From assembly GCF_009834535.1 (NCBI RefSeq), contig NC_045698.1, positions 2,048,001 to 2,112,000 of the forward strand: DNA of 64,000 bases, given 5' to 3'. The number at the start of each line of letters is the position of its first letter. The stretch's first letter is position 1. A program made the translations under genes and the position numbers. The stretch is from Camelus ferus. Lineage: Eukaryota. Under the pieces are notes generated by a model. The model was given only the letters and a program-made list of their open reading frames with translations, made no database searches and had not been told where the DNA came from. Shown here piece after piece: positions 12,000-24,420 of the stretch.

Positions 12000-13350
12000 T
12001 AGTGTATATTTTATGAAATGATTAATGCGGACAAGGAGCTCACATTTTTTACATTAACATATTTAAACATACATAATAAATTGGGAATTCTTACAAACAG
12101 ATAAGACGGGTTTAATGGCATTATGGACAAATAACAATGCCATAAGCTTGAAACAATACATTTAAGAGGAAGGAAAACAAAGATGTAAGGTCAGACAATA
12201 TCTCACATAACATTTGGAAAAGGCTGCCAATTGTTTGGATAGCGGTACAATGGCAAAGCCTCTTAGAACGTTGTTAAGTCTTTATTCAGTAATACATTAT
12301 CATGCATATTTCATAGCAGGGATTACGAAGACAGAATTGTGTGTCATTTTTGTTGTATGTCTTTATAATTACACCTTGAAGCCACAACTAGGTTTTTTTT
12401 TTTTTTAAACTCCATATTCATGAAAAGCGGACTTGTAATTTGATAAAGGGGCGCTTGTGTTCCCGTTTCCATTCAAACGGCGTCGCGGAGCAGAATTAAA
12501 GTAGGCATCTGTGTTCTCCGGCATTAATCTCCTCAAGCACATCCCAGCTGCTCTGATGTGCAGGAGGAAGATAAGTCCTGCGCGGACGGGAGCTGTGCGG
12601 GCCAGACAACTCTATTATTGGCTTCATAATTGCTTAATTAAACTTTTGTCAGTAATCATTATGAGGGCAATAGAGCTGTTATACTGGCTTCTGTTAAGCA
12701 AAAATCAATAAACTGTTGGAGTTAATTTCGCCGTATTTTTTGTCCTGCAAATGAAATTCATTGCTGCCGGTTAGTGATCTGTGTGGCTGGCGCCCGGCTG
12801 ATAGGAGCAGCCATCACCATTTGAATTGAGGTATTCAGTAGCACATGAATATGAACAAATGGCAAACATAAATCTCTTGCATGAAGTACACCTTCTATCC
12901 TTTTATTATGGAACAATTGACCCATCCAAAATGAATTCTAATGCCAGGAAAGCGTTTAGATTTAAATTACACCATGGTCTTCTGGATCTGAAAGATGGCG
13001 GCATAAAAAAGATTAATATGCTAATTATTTTTCTCCTTATTTTTTTCCTTCGACATCCATGGTGGGGTATTGTGAAGCGTGTAAATAAGATGACTGTTTT
13101 GTCAAGAAATGGCTCGAAGGCACCCTCTATTCCATTGCAATTTAATTTGTTTATTCAAAACCTCACTCCAGATTTTAACTGTGTTGGCAATAACCCTTTA
13201 TTTTTCACATAATGTTTTCCTTTCACAAAGAATTCCCGGAATAAGGAAAGCATGTTTGTGTTTATTGAAATAGATTTAATGGTATTATGAGTGATGATAC
13301 ACTTAACCAAGGCTATATTTATAAATTCCTGTCAAACTTTTATTTTCTTG
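12000..13350. promoter_or_regulatory. Candidate long conserved non-coding element cluster
   Basis: About 1.3 kb, repeat-free, AT-rich and complex. It carries SOX-type ACAAT sites, TAAT clusters and a YY1 consensus AAGATGGCGGC (12992-13002). Confidence 0.5.
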
Positions 13351-15846
13351 CCTCTGCTTGAGCTTAGAGAATTGATCTGAGGTTGTGCTGTCTCTCCTGT
13401 GTGTCCGCCACGGGCAGAGCCACGGACAGTGCGCACAGGGGCTTTGTTATTTACGCATTGTCTACTGGGCCAGGGTACCCCGGACCCACCCACCCAGGCC
13501 CCTGATATTCTTAAAACAAAAAATAAACAGAAAATAAAAGCTTAACTTCACTGGATGCATCAGCCTGGGCGGTAGTTTGCACTGAGGACCTGTATTCTGC
13601 AACGACCAAAGTGTTTACTCTGCTCCTTCTCCAAAATGGCCTCGACGTTGCCAACAACCACAACACCAGAAGCAACAATGACCGGAGGGGGAGGAGCTCC
13701 TCCGCACCTTTCTGGTACCACCTTGCAACTTCCCATCGCATCTCTGCCAGCGCCCACCGCGCTGGGATCCTGCAGCTGGCCGCACGGGGCCACACGTGGA
13801 CACATCAGAGGGGCGAGCAGAAGGTGGACACCCCCAGGCTTATCACGGAGGATGTGAAGCAACTCGGAATCTTTTCTGAGGCTGGAAAGTCAAGTCCAAC
13901 TCTAGAAAGAAAATTGTTCTTCGCGGACGAAGAGAGAAAATGCTTTCTGAAGGGTTGGGTGCTGTGAGTACCTAGGAGAGAAGACAAAAACTGTAAAAAG
14001 TTAGAAGAACAAGCCCATCACTTTATCCTCAAGATTGGCAGGCTGTAGACTGGTCACTCATTACCCCACTTTTCTCTGTCCCCCTAATATTGAAAGTCGT
14101 ACAGTTCGAGTGTCGACAACACACTCCGGGTCATTACCTGATACAAGCACGTGCCACTCGTTTCAGGCTCATAAAAGAGAGACTGTTTGCACCTTCCATA
14201 AAGTCTACCAGAACGGTTTGAGCATAATAGGTGTTCAGTTAACCCTGTATAATGAACAGGCAGATAAACACGGCCCTGAGTGTCTTCATTTCTAGAGGGG
14301 TGTAGAGGGACAGTCACTCGTGTGCCCCAGAGCTTGCTGAGGTTAATTTTTTTATGCTCCAAAGTGTAATTCCTGGTTTTCCAGGATTAGGGTGGCTGAG
14401 ACAGTGATGAGAAGAAACCAAACACACAAGGGAAAGATCCCTGATCTCAGAGCAAACTACCAGAAATACATTTCCTTATTAACTTGCTCTGAATCTGTTT
14501 ATTTGCCAGAATTATTTTCAGTTACCTCTTTGTTATCCACCCCCACACACAAAAAAATCCAGTGTTTTGTGTGGATGGAGAAATGTTGCAGTTATTAGCA
14601 CAATCTCTGCCGTTTTTTCTAATCACTGCTATGTATATGGTCTGAAGAATGGAGGGAGGTGGGGCCTGGTAAATCCTCTTCTAATAAGAAAAATGTCTGA
14701 CTTCGTGAAACCAGATACTTAGTTCTGAGCCCCGAAACAAGCTGAAAGCATAGACTCTTAGGGAATACTGTTTAAAAATCACAGGTAGATTAAAATCACA
14801 CGCACAGCCTTGCATATTGGGATTTTAATGTTCATTATTGCATTCATTATATGATTTAAATGAGATTACAGAGTAAAATATGCTGTACTTTGTGATTTAA
14901 CAACAATATTTAAATACTCTGTAAGTCTTTTAAATTATTCTTTGATAAAATTGCAACTTACTCATTTCAACACACAGTCTGTATTGAGTCTTAAAGCTAT
15001 ATAAAGCTTGTGTAAATGTATGGTTTTGCTTTAAGCACATCTTGACGCAAAAGGGATTCAAAACCTTTTGACTGGATTGAAAATGATGTAGGTGGCGGGG
15101 CTGAGAAAAGCCACTGGTGGCGACCAAATTAAGTGAGCTCGCCCTCCGGGGTTTTCCTGACAGACTGGCCCCACCGGGCAGGTCCCAGGGGAGACATTCA
15201 CAGACATCTCAAAGGTACCTAGAATTTCTACTCTGAAAGAGCAACCTTTTCTCTCTGTGTCTGGGGCCTACGTAAAGCTGCCCTTGAATGTCAGGAGATG
15301 TGCCCGGTATACTTTCTTGGAATAAAATAATTGACTTTTTTTTTTTTTAACCAAACTCAATATTTGAAAGCATTTGATGCCACAGTAGCCCAGTTTCTTG
15401 TTTACTTTCCCTCTAAAACACACTTTTTCCCTCTATGTGCTGCTCATCCCTGGACAGATGAAATTGATTTCAATTTATCCTAGCAATTTTTTACGACTCT
15501 ACTGAAATTCCGTCATCGCGCCGGCATTGGAAGAAAGAGGGTTCGAAGGTTAAGACCGTCGGCGCAATCTCTGTGTTAGCATGTTTCCAGGATAATTATT
15601 GGACTCCTTCTATGTACAGACCCGTTCAGCGTTGGGCTGGCTGACGATGGATTTGATTGTGACCACTGGGCAACATTTATTAGGAGTTCCTAGTGTTTGT
15701 AAACAATCCAAATATAAGATCTTTCACTTCAAATGGCTCACTTTTTTCCCTCCAGGGTCACAGTAGATAGAGGGGTAGAAAGGGGAAGAGAAGAGAGAGG
15801 GGATACACTTAAACATAAGAAAGGAAATTAAGGAAACACTTAAGCA

Positions 15847-15985
15847 GGGGAGGGTGTAGCTCAGTGGCGGAGAGCGCACTTAGCATGCACGACGTCCTGG
15901 GTTCAATCCCAGGTACCGCCACTAAGAAATAAACATAATTACCTCTCCTCCCCCCCCCCAAAAGAAATAAAAAGAGCAAGAAAGA
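15847..15985 (+). mobile_element. tRNA-Ala-derived camelid-type SINE (vic-1-like)
   Basis: Head GGGGAGGGTGTAGCTCAGTGG with A box (15857-15867), CTTAGCAT anticodon-loop remnant and B box GGTTCAATCCC (15900-15910). It is followed by 'aaacataattacctc', a C-run and an A-rich tail. Confidence 0.9.
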
Positions 15986-16849
15986 ACACACGTACAGAGG
16001 CAAGCACGCTGAGCTTACGTGCGTTAAGAAGGCACTTAAACATGAGGAAGGAGAGGCAGTTTGTTCAGATCGGTTTTGATGCCTGTTTTCATTCGATTCT
16101 GGAATTCTAGTTTTTATTTGATTTCGAAGTTGGTGAGCGTTGTTCCTTCTAAGTCTAAGGACTTCTCACCTTACAGAAAATTTGAAAGTCAAAATGGGAA
16201 ACAGAAAAACCACCAGTAGAATCGGAGACAGTGGAGGAAAAGCACAGTTCTCAGAAGGAGTGGCCCGCGTGTGCGGCCGTGCCCACAGCTCTGGGCCCCC
16301 CACAGGCCCCCGGCACACCTCGCCCTCGAGCCCTCGGCTCCGTGCCCAGACCCCCGGACGCCAAGCCCAGTTTCCATTCTCCCGCTGTCTCCTGCAAACT
16401 TCCAGCCGGCACTGGGCCCGTGATGCCACCTCGGGGACTCAGGTGGCCCTCAGCTCCTGCTCCCCCGACCGCACCTGCGTCTCTGAACAGCCCCTCGTCC
16501 GTTCTGCTCCGGGTGAGCCCTCCTGTTGTCGCTCCCCAGGCACTGACACAGATCGCACTCTTAAAATAGCATTTACTGTCCTGTTCACTGCTGGAGGAAT
16601 AAGCTGCTCTCTGCAGACAGTAATAAAACAAGGAGAAGGAAGCAAAGGAAACGAAAACCACCCGTAGTCCCCAAGTCAGAAGCAAGCCGGCTGGCGTTCA
16701 CACGCACGCACGTGTGCTGAGGACAACCACACGCGTGCACAGCTCCATATGCGTGTACTATGACGTGCTGTGATGCAGACACACATGACACACATGACAC
16801 ACATGGTTCCATTAGCACGTGCATGTGTGCGGGCGTGTCCGCATGGCTT

Positions 16850-16963
16850 TAGTTCTGGACGGGGGAGGAAGCGTCCCTTGTCCTGATCTGTATCTCACGT
16901 AGCACCAGGCACAGTGACGTGTGCTCATGGTGTCCTCTCCACAGATAGCTGTTGAGTAAATGA
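16850..16963 (+). mobile_element. L2 LINE 3' end relic
   Basis: 'ctgtatctcacgtagcaccaggcacagtg...gctgttgagtaaatgaa' resembles the L2 terminus (tgtatccccagcgcctagcacagtgcctgg...tgttgaatgaatgaa). Confidence 0.45.
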
Positions 16964-19002
16964 AAAAAAAAAGCAGATTTTAAATTTTCCTTTGTTTTTT
17001 TTTTTTCGTCATGCAGTGACTTTGCAAGTGTCTGAAAATAAAAAGCGCGGTCACTTGCTGCGCGCGATGCAGAGTGACTGATCTGAGTAGTGTTCCCAGG
17101 GAACGTACCCACCTGCTGACTGAGCGCACTGGCTTCCCTTTGCAAGCTCCCCTGCGGCTGCGTGAGCCCGTGTGCAGGCCCGGGAAGGACGGAGCCCCCT
17201 CCGTCTGCGACCAGAACGGAAGGTTTCATTCCTTCTGCTGCTCATCACAGGCGAAACTGCTCCCATGGTTTTAAATACGATGCCACGACTGCAAACAATG
17301 GTGTGGAAGATGGTATTTGGTTAATTTTCTAACCAGCCCTTGACCCCATCAGTAGCTGTTCTCTCGGTACCCGGATGAGGACAGCAGGGTGCGCCGGCCT
17401 TTAAAACGTGCGCACCCAGAGTCGCCAGGCCCCCGTACAGGCTCCTGCTGAATGTGTTTTCAGTACTCAAAATGAAGGAAGACTCGCCTTAGCAAAATTG
17501 TCACTGGCACAGCCGTCACGTGAGTGTCCCTTCTGGTTTTACCGGCGGGCGCCGTGGCCGGTGCAACTCACCGCAGAAATCGGGCTCGGGGCTGTGGGAG
17601 GCAGGGCGGCCTGGCCTTGTCCGTGCCAGGGTCCTCCTTCCGCGGGGGGAGAGGGTGCGGGGCCCTGCTTCCGTTACTGTTTTAGGTACTGATGAGATGT
17701 TAGAAACAGGGCTGAAATAATTGGATGTGACCTTTTTGGTTTTCTCCACCCGGGAGCAAACTTGGAGGGAACCTGGGAGGGTGACTGATGTGGGAGGCTG
17801 CTCCCGGACAGCTCGGGCCTCGGGCAAGCGGCTGCCTTCCTAAAATAAAGTGCACTTTCTGCTCATTAGGAAGGAAATTCAGCTGCACACTGCGCCTAGC
17901 TGCGCCTCCAGACCACCCTCACTGCACTCCACACCCCGCCCCGTCGGGTCCCCAGAGTGAGCGCTTTGCTGTAAGGTGAAAAAGCAGAAGTCTCGACTCG
18001 TATGTGACTTTGAGCTGCTAGGCAGTGCCGTTTCCTTCAGTCGCAGAAAAATTTCACGTAGACGTAAGAGGGAGGAGAATTTTTAAAGTTGGTTTACTTT
18101 AGTCACATCATTCCAAGAGCAGTCTCTTTCCCATTGCTTGGGGGGGGGGGCATCAAGTGTGACTTTGCTTCACTTCCAGCAGGACAGACTTCGACCCAAA
18201 CCTGTCTATTTAGAGGGGACTCAGAGCCGAGGGAGGAGCAGAGCCTTTTCCAGAAATAACGGTGGATTTATGCTGATGCTGGTAATTCTTGATCAGAGCT
18301 TTTCTGCAGTGAAAGCCGGGTTACTAATGGGCTGAAAATATACTTTACTAAGTTTCACTGAAAATGGCAGAAGGGAGCAGAGTCTGGGAGGAGAACCCGG
18401 CCTGGGCCGTCGCCGGTCCTGGTGGCTCTGGGCTTTCTTCCCAAGGCTGTGGGGCTGCCGGGGACCTTCCACCGTCCCATCCTCCTCTGCCCTCGTTCCC
18501 AGAGGCAAGCAGCAAGGGGACCCGGCTCAGCGGACTCCACGGCCCGGGGGAAGCCTTCCTGGAGGCCCAGTGATACCACGATTCATTCCCAGAAACTCCT
18601 GAGGCATGGCAGGAGTGAGAACATGATATTAAACGTGGAAACTTTCATTTCATCTCATTAAGGGGGGCATGGACTGAATACAGATGATGAAAGTGAAACA
18701 CAGCAAAAATGGCTGCTCCAGGTCGTCCGATTCACCCAGCTCCACGTGGGCTGCGTCCATCACAAGGGCACGCATTGGAGGAAACGCCTTTCAGAAGTTA
18801 CCTGCCATAGTGGCTGGTTTAAAGGACCCTGTGGAAACGCAGGAGCCGGCTTCCAGGGGACACGGCTGTCACTACCTGCCCTCAGGGGACCTGACTGCCA
18901 CCGACTTCGCAGTGCTGGTGCCAGTTCTAAGCTGGCAATTTACGTTTCCAAACAGCTGCAGTGCTCAACTCTGCGGTCCTGCAAATAGATTTGCTTTCTC
19001 TA

Positions 19003-19151
19003 AACAGGGTAATCATTCAGTATCTTGTAATAACCTGTAATGGAAAAGACTCTGAAAAAGAGTATACATATGTGCATGTATATGTAGAACTGAATCACTT
19101 TGCTGTGCACCTGAAACTAATGCAGTGTTGCAAACCAACTGGACTTCAGTT
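19003..19151 (+). mobile_element. 5'-truncated L1 3' end
   Basis: 'acagggtaatcattcagtatcttgtaataacctgtaatggaaaagactctgaaaaag...actgaatcactttgctgtgcacctgaaacta...acttcagtt' is homologous to the 1162 and 20919 copies. Confidence 0.85.
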
Positions 19152-19300
19152 GGGAGGGGAGAGCGGAGCTCAGCGGAGGAGCGCGTGCTGAGCTCGCACG
19201 AGGTCCTGGGCTCAATGACAAGTCCCTTCACTAGAAAACAAACAGATGAGCCTCAACTTAAACCTAATTACCTCCCCCCTAAAAATACAAAAAAAGGATA
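19152..19300 (+). mobile_element. Second tRNA-Ala-derived SINE (vic-1-like), abutting the L1 tail
   Basis: 'ggggagagcggagctcagcggaggagcgcgtgctgagctcgcacgaggtcctgggctcaat...aaacctaattacctccccctaaaaatacaaaaaaa' has the same architecture as the 15847 copy. Confidence 0.85.
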
Positions 19301-20918
19301 ATAATTTTAAAAAGTAAAGATTGAATTTAAAAAATATTCCAATTTTTTAAAAAGCATGATCAAATAAAAGTAATAAAATTGACATTTAAAATCAATGCGC
19401 ATGTGAAGCCACACCTGCAGATGAGAGTGTGTGTCCCTGCCCCAGACCTGCAGCCCGGGTGCCTGGGGGGCGTCCTGATCGCCAGGCTTTTCCCCACAGG
19501 CTGGGTGGTCGCTAAGGCTGTCGCTGTTGCCTTCGGGGCTCCCCCGGCTCTGGTCCCAGATGCTGGCGGGGGTCCCAGGGCTCGGCCCGGGTGGATGCAG
19601 GATGGTGGGGCTGGACCAGGAGGCTCGCCCTGCGGACCCGCACAGTGCCCTCTGCCGGGCCTTCTGCCGGGGCGGCCTCCTGTCTCCGCACCAGTGTCCT
19701 GTCAGGCTTCACTGGAAACCGAAGATCAAAGCTCACTTACACTATGAGCGAACAGGTCTCTCAAGTCCAGGAGCCTCTGTTTATTATTTCAAGAAAACGG
19801 AGCTAATTTCTTGAAAGCCAGGCGGCCAGGCGCCGCCTCCCTTCCCGGGATGAGCCATGCGGTTTTGTGCGACAGGCCGGCGCTTGTCCTTTGGAAACCG
19901 GAGTGTTGAGGGTGTAGCCACACTGATGTCTTTGTAAAGGTGATACATGCGGTCTGTCTGTCAGACAAATACCCCAACAAGTACAGTGTTTATCAAATTA
20001 CCTTTAAACGCGCAGGTCGGAGGGCCCTCGCAGCCAGACGTGGGAAGGCTTGCTTTGCCTCATTCACACAGAAATCGCTTAATGATAGTTAATATCGCCC
20101 TGTAATCTCAGCAGCTCCCATTTAATTGCAACTTTTTGAAGTCTGTCTGCACCCATGGAGGACGGCGGATCCCTGTCTTAAGCACGATTCAGGTGGTCCT
20201 GGCTCCCAGGGAGGCAGGGACAGCGGAGCTCGGTCACCTGCGGGAGCGCTCCAGTCCATCCTGGTCCGGGGCCCTGACCACTCTCCCCAGCGCTGGGGAC
20301 ACCGCACCTTGGGGAAGGCCTGGAAAGGGGCATGGGGTTACTGCACCCCCAGAAAGGACTTTTCTTTTTAAACCAAAATCTCAGCTTTCAAAAAAAAAAA
20401 AAAAAACACCAAATTCAGCACGGGCTTGCTTGGAAATGCCAGTGCAATGCTCTGAACACCTCCAGGCCCTGCCCTGTGGGAGGGCCGGCTGTAAGGCGAG
20501 CGCTGGCTGGCCTGTCCCGGGGGGTTCAGACGTTTCCTGGGATGCAGCAAGCCCTTCTCCCCGCGCTGACCTCACCTCTGTCCCTAGGACGGGGGAGCCG
20601 GGGCCACACCCCGACTCACCCAGGCTGGGTGTCCCTCCTGGGCTGCGGACATCAACACGTGAACAGAAACTCCTGATTTAAGCATTTTTTCAGCACGTCT
20701 TCTCTATTTGATGACACAGAAGCAGACTTAATGGCACGTAATTATTCAAAATACATGGATAAGGGTTGAACTGAACTTTTCCAACCAAACCCATAAAACC
20801 ACCTACTGATTAAGACTCACCTTTACAGCTGAGCCTTTCTCTAAATTTCATAGATTGATTTCATATTCATTCTTCCATGTGATTCAAATACTCTGCAATG
20901 TGGGTCTATGAACATCTG

Positions 20919-21130
20919 TTGGGGTTAGCAGACACACACTACTGTATATAAAATAGATAAGAGCACAGGGAACTGTATTCAGTTTCTTATAATAACATAT
21001 CATGGAAAAGAACCTGAAAAGAAAAAGCATCTATGTATGTATATGTATAACTGTATCACTTTGCTGTACGCCTGAGACTAACGTTGTAAATCAACTGCAC
21101 TTCAATAAAAGATAAAATTAAAAAAGAAAG
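20919..21130 (+). mobile_element. 5'-truncated L1 3' end
   Basis: 'ggggttagcagacacacactactgtatataaaatagataagagcacagggaactgtattcag...tcactttgctgtacgcctgagactaacgttgtaaatcaactgcacttcaataaaa' followed by an A-rich tail. Confidence 0.88.
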
Positions 21131-23084
21131 AATACTGAAGTATTTGGGTAATGCTGGCGGCCATTTGGCCTGTGAGAGCCGTTGGATACTGTGGACCAGA
21201 AACCGGCAGACACAGTTTTAAGCACAGACGTGAAGGCATGATGTCTGGGCTTATGACAGAAGCCTTAATGTGTTGAATATTTTACTTGCTTTTTGAAGCA
21301 AAACAATATGTAATTTTTTAAAGTGTGAACATAGGTTTTCTCAGAAGACACATGGCTTAGGGGTTCCACTGGTTTGGGATATACCTTAATTAAAATTATT
21401 TATATGAGCTCTGTAATTTCCTTTTTTTGGTCTTTTGTTTACTTCTCTTCGGCGTCACAGGTGAATCCTTTCTCTTGACCCCTCAGCTGGATGTAGGGAG
21501 CCACTCACACACGCCGAGTGACACTGATTCTCATTCACACGCATTGGGCCTTTCTCTTGTGCAGCCTGCCTTTAGGAGGGGCGGGATCCACCTTTTTGTT
21601 CTGCTGAGCTAGAAAGCCACGTGGGACAGAACAGGAGGGCCTGGTGGGCCGTTTTAACTCTTGATCGTCAGGCCTGGAGGCCGCCTCCTTCCCCCAGGCA
21701 TCCTCCGCATCGGACGGGAGGAAGCGTGAGTGTCTCTGGCTGTACCGTGTCGCCATCTCTCATTCCTCCACTTCTTATCACAAAATCGACACCATGCCCA
21801 GCTGGAGTATCACACCCCCGAATTCTCGGTTGCTCCAGGTAGGCGAACGGTCACCTTGCAGTCATCTCAAAGGAGGAACACACACACGAACTGATTAAGT
21901 AAGCCAGTGTCTCCTGCACACGAGCAGGGCCCGCAGAGGAGGAGCGGGTGTACCTGTGAAGCCTCCCGGGGTGGAGTGGGGTGTTAATTACACCCCTGCT
22001 ACGGGCTGATCTGTGTCTTGTTGCCTTTTGTCTTGGAGATAACTGCCTGGACTTCAAAGGATGCTTTAAATTTGAATCTCTGCTCCATGGCAAAAGCCAG
22101 TGTGAAAAGGCTGGGATTACAGTAAAAGTTCTGCAGTTAAATGCCTGAGCTCGTTTTCGCACAAACTTCACAACAGTCAATGCCATACATAAACCTCTCA
22201 GCGTTTTCAAGACAAACCTCTTTCAGAGCTTAGCCTGGGAAACCCACACACGTTACTTAAAGACGAGCACACCCTGGTCTTCATTCCCGCACCCTAAAAG
22301 CCTCAAGAGGCCTCGGTTTCCCTGATCCTGTCGAGGTGTTGCTTCTGAAAGACAAAGTCGGGTAGACTGGAGTCCGCGGTGCACGTGGAGCTCCGCGGTT
22401 ACTGACTGCGTTCCGTCCAGGTGCACACACCGGCCCACACCCTCCCGAATCAGGTGGGGGTGTTTACCAACTTCTGCACAGTTTTTTAGCCTCTCTGGGT
22501 GGTACGTGGCAACGAGATGGAAGCGGGTGATGAAGGTGCTGGTGACTCCTGTATTAGCACAAACTGTCCCGTCAGACACAACCTGCTGTGTCCTGTCACC
22601 GCTTACCGGCCGCAGCACCCCAGTGCGCCTGCTGCCCCTGCGAGCAGCTTTGTGCGTTCAGAGGACCAGTTCCTATTTTTTCACGGTGAGGATGCTAATT
22701 CCACCCTCCCCCCTCCCCATGTCCATTCCTCTCTGACACCCACCTTCACAGTCACTTCCTAAGACAGTCCCTTTGCCGATGTCGCTAGCAGGACCCCGTC
22801 TCTTGCACAGCCTCACGTCACAGCAGGCCCCGCGGGTATTTTGTAGATTAACCAGCACCTGCTTTTCCTGACACAAGGTCTTTAGAACTGTATTTATGTT
22901 TTGTTTTCCTGTGCCATGTGTGCGTGTGTGTGTGCGCGCACATGCATCGCCAAGGCGACCACCCTGACGTTCCTAAGGGCTTTTGTTAAATGCTTGTTAC
23001 GGTGTCCACTTGGTTTCCTTAAGGAGGAAGCTAAAGAATTCCTTGTTCTTAAGCATGATTTCCTCGCACTTACTTTCTTGAGGA

Positions 23085-23340
23085 ATCGCGGGGAGCCGGG
23101 GGGGCTGGGAGGGAAGCGTTCGCGTCCCGCTCGGCCATTGTCCTTCTGGAGAGCCGTCCTGCCGCCGCTCCGATCACTCACGATTCTCCCCGACGCGTCG
23201 CGCCTCCCCAGGCTGGCTCTCCCTCCCGTCCAGCCGCACAAAGGGCTGCTCCCCGGCCGGGGCTCCGAGACGGCCGCTCTCAGCTGCTCCTGTCCCCAGT
23301 AATTAGCCTGTGATGGCCGCGGCCTCTTGTGGCTTTGCCT
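23085..23340. promoter_or_regulatory. CpG-rich patch (orphan CpG-island-like)
   Basis: Dense CpGs (cgttcgcgtcccgctcgg, ccgacgcgtcgcgcc, ccggccgggg). No associated gene structure was recognised. Confidence 0.45.
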
Positions 23341-23389
23341 GCGAGAGACATTTGACACAGCAGACATCAGAGGGGTTTTCAGGAGGCTC

Positions 23390-24420
23390 TTGTGGCGTCC
23401 GAATGGCTCTTAATTAACCGCTTAGGTCTCCTCCTTCAGTCCCCTGCTTGGCACTTTCCAAATGGTAGGGGTTTCACTGCGGATCTAAACTCCGGGGGAA
23501 GCGTGCTATCAAAAGATGTTGTAAATGAAGGCTTGTGTAAATTATTTTTAATGATCCCCTCCTGGCACATCATTATGTTTGTAGCTACACACAGGCACTT
23601 CAGAGAGGGCTCTCCTTCCGCGAGGTCAGCTCCAGGACCACCGCGACTGGCTGCAGTCAGGAAATGGCTTATTAATTAGCGCCGTGATTTTACACCGCTA
23701 AGAGCTCTGATGTATGGAGCTGGAATTGCAATTGTGTAGACTCAAAATAATAAGCCATCTCCGGGCTCCTTATGCAAATTGGCATATTATAAAATCATTA
23801 CCTATCTAAACACCGAGTTTTAATAAGAATTACAATGATGAATTTTATGATAATTGACACTCAAATTTTAATCTCTCGGATTTTTATCATTTTGGTGGTT
23901 AAAGTGTGTTTCTAATTAAATGTTGCTTAAAATGCAAGGGATTGCTTAACAATTCTATTCATTGCTTCTGGTTCAAATCAGGTTATTCTCTTTGGTCACA
24001 GGAAATAGGCCTTCTTAGCAATAGGTATGTGACATTATGGAACGCTTGTACAGAGAGATGTTTAACCATCACTTTTTTATGAGTATGATTTTGATTACAA
24101 TAGAGCGTCAACCATGAGACAAGAAATGCTAAGTGGCATTGGAAGTGGCTTCTATTATATGAGTGACACAGGCAAAGAAGTAAAATCAGGGAAAAACATT
24201 ACATCTTTATAAAAGCTCATGGATTTGGGGTGGGGATTGAATTTTTAAATAATTATGGTTTTAGAAGCAAAACATTTTCTAAAACCTATGCGATGCAATT
24301 TAATTCTAATACATTGATTTAAAATCGCCCATATAATGATTTATGTATGATGTCATACAATAAGTGGCTGTCATTCTTCTCTCTAAAGCCAACCCTATCA
24401 GGCAAGAGAGGAAAAGGTTT
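23390..24420. promoter_or_regulatory. Candidate conserved non-coding element / enhancer
   Basis: Repeat-free AT-rich block with TTAATTAA (23410-23417), further TAATTA/TAATTG cores, octamer ATGCAAAT (23772-23779) and ACAAT SOX-type sites. Confidence 0.5.

Noticed and set aside
12826..13212. 128-aa ORF in AT-rich DNA
   Set aside because: It starts at TTG, has no recognisable homology, and the region is better explained as a regulatory element. PhyloCSF would settle it.
13636..13857. 73-aa ATG ORF (MASTLPTTTT...) in good Kozak context
   Set aside because: Short, low-complexity, no known family, and no promoter or splice support that I can see.
15847..15922. tRNA-Ala(AGC) gene
   Set aside because: It has the GGGGAGGG SINE head, disrupted stems, a SINE body and A-rich tail with no T-run terminator, and a second related copy at 19152. 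It is a SINE.
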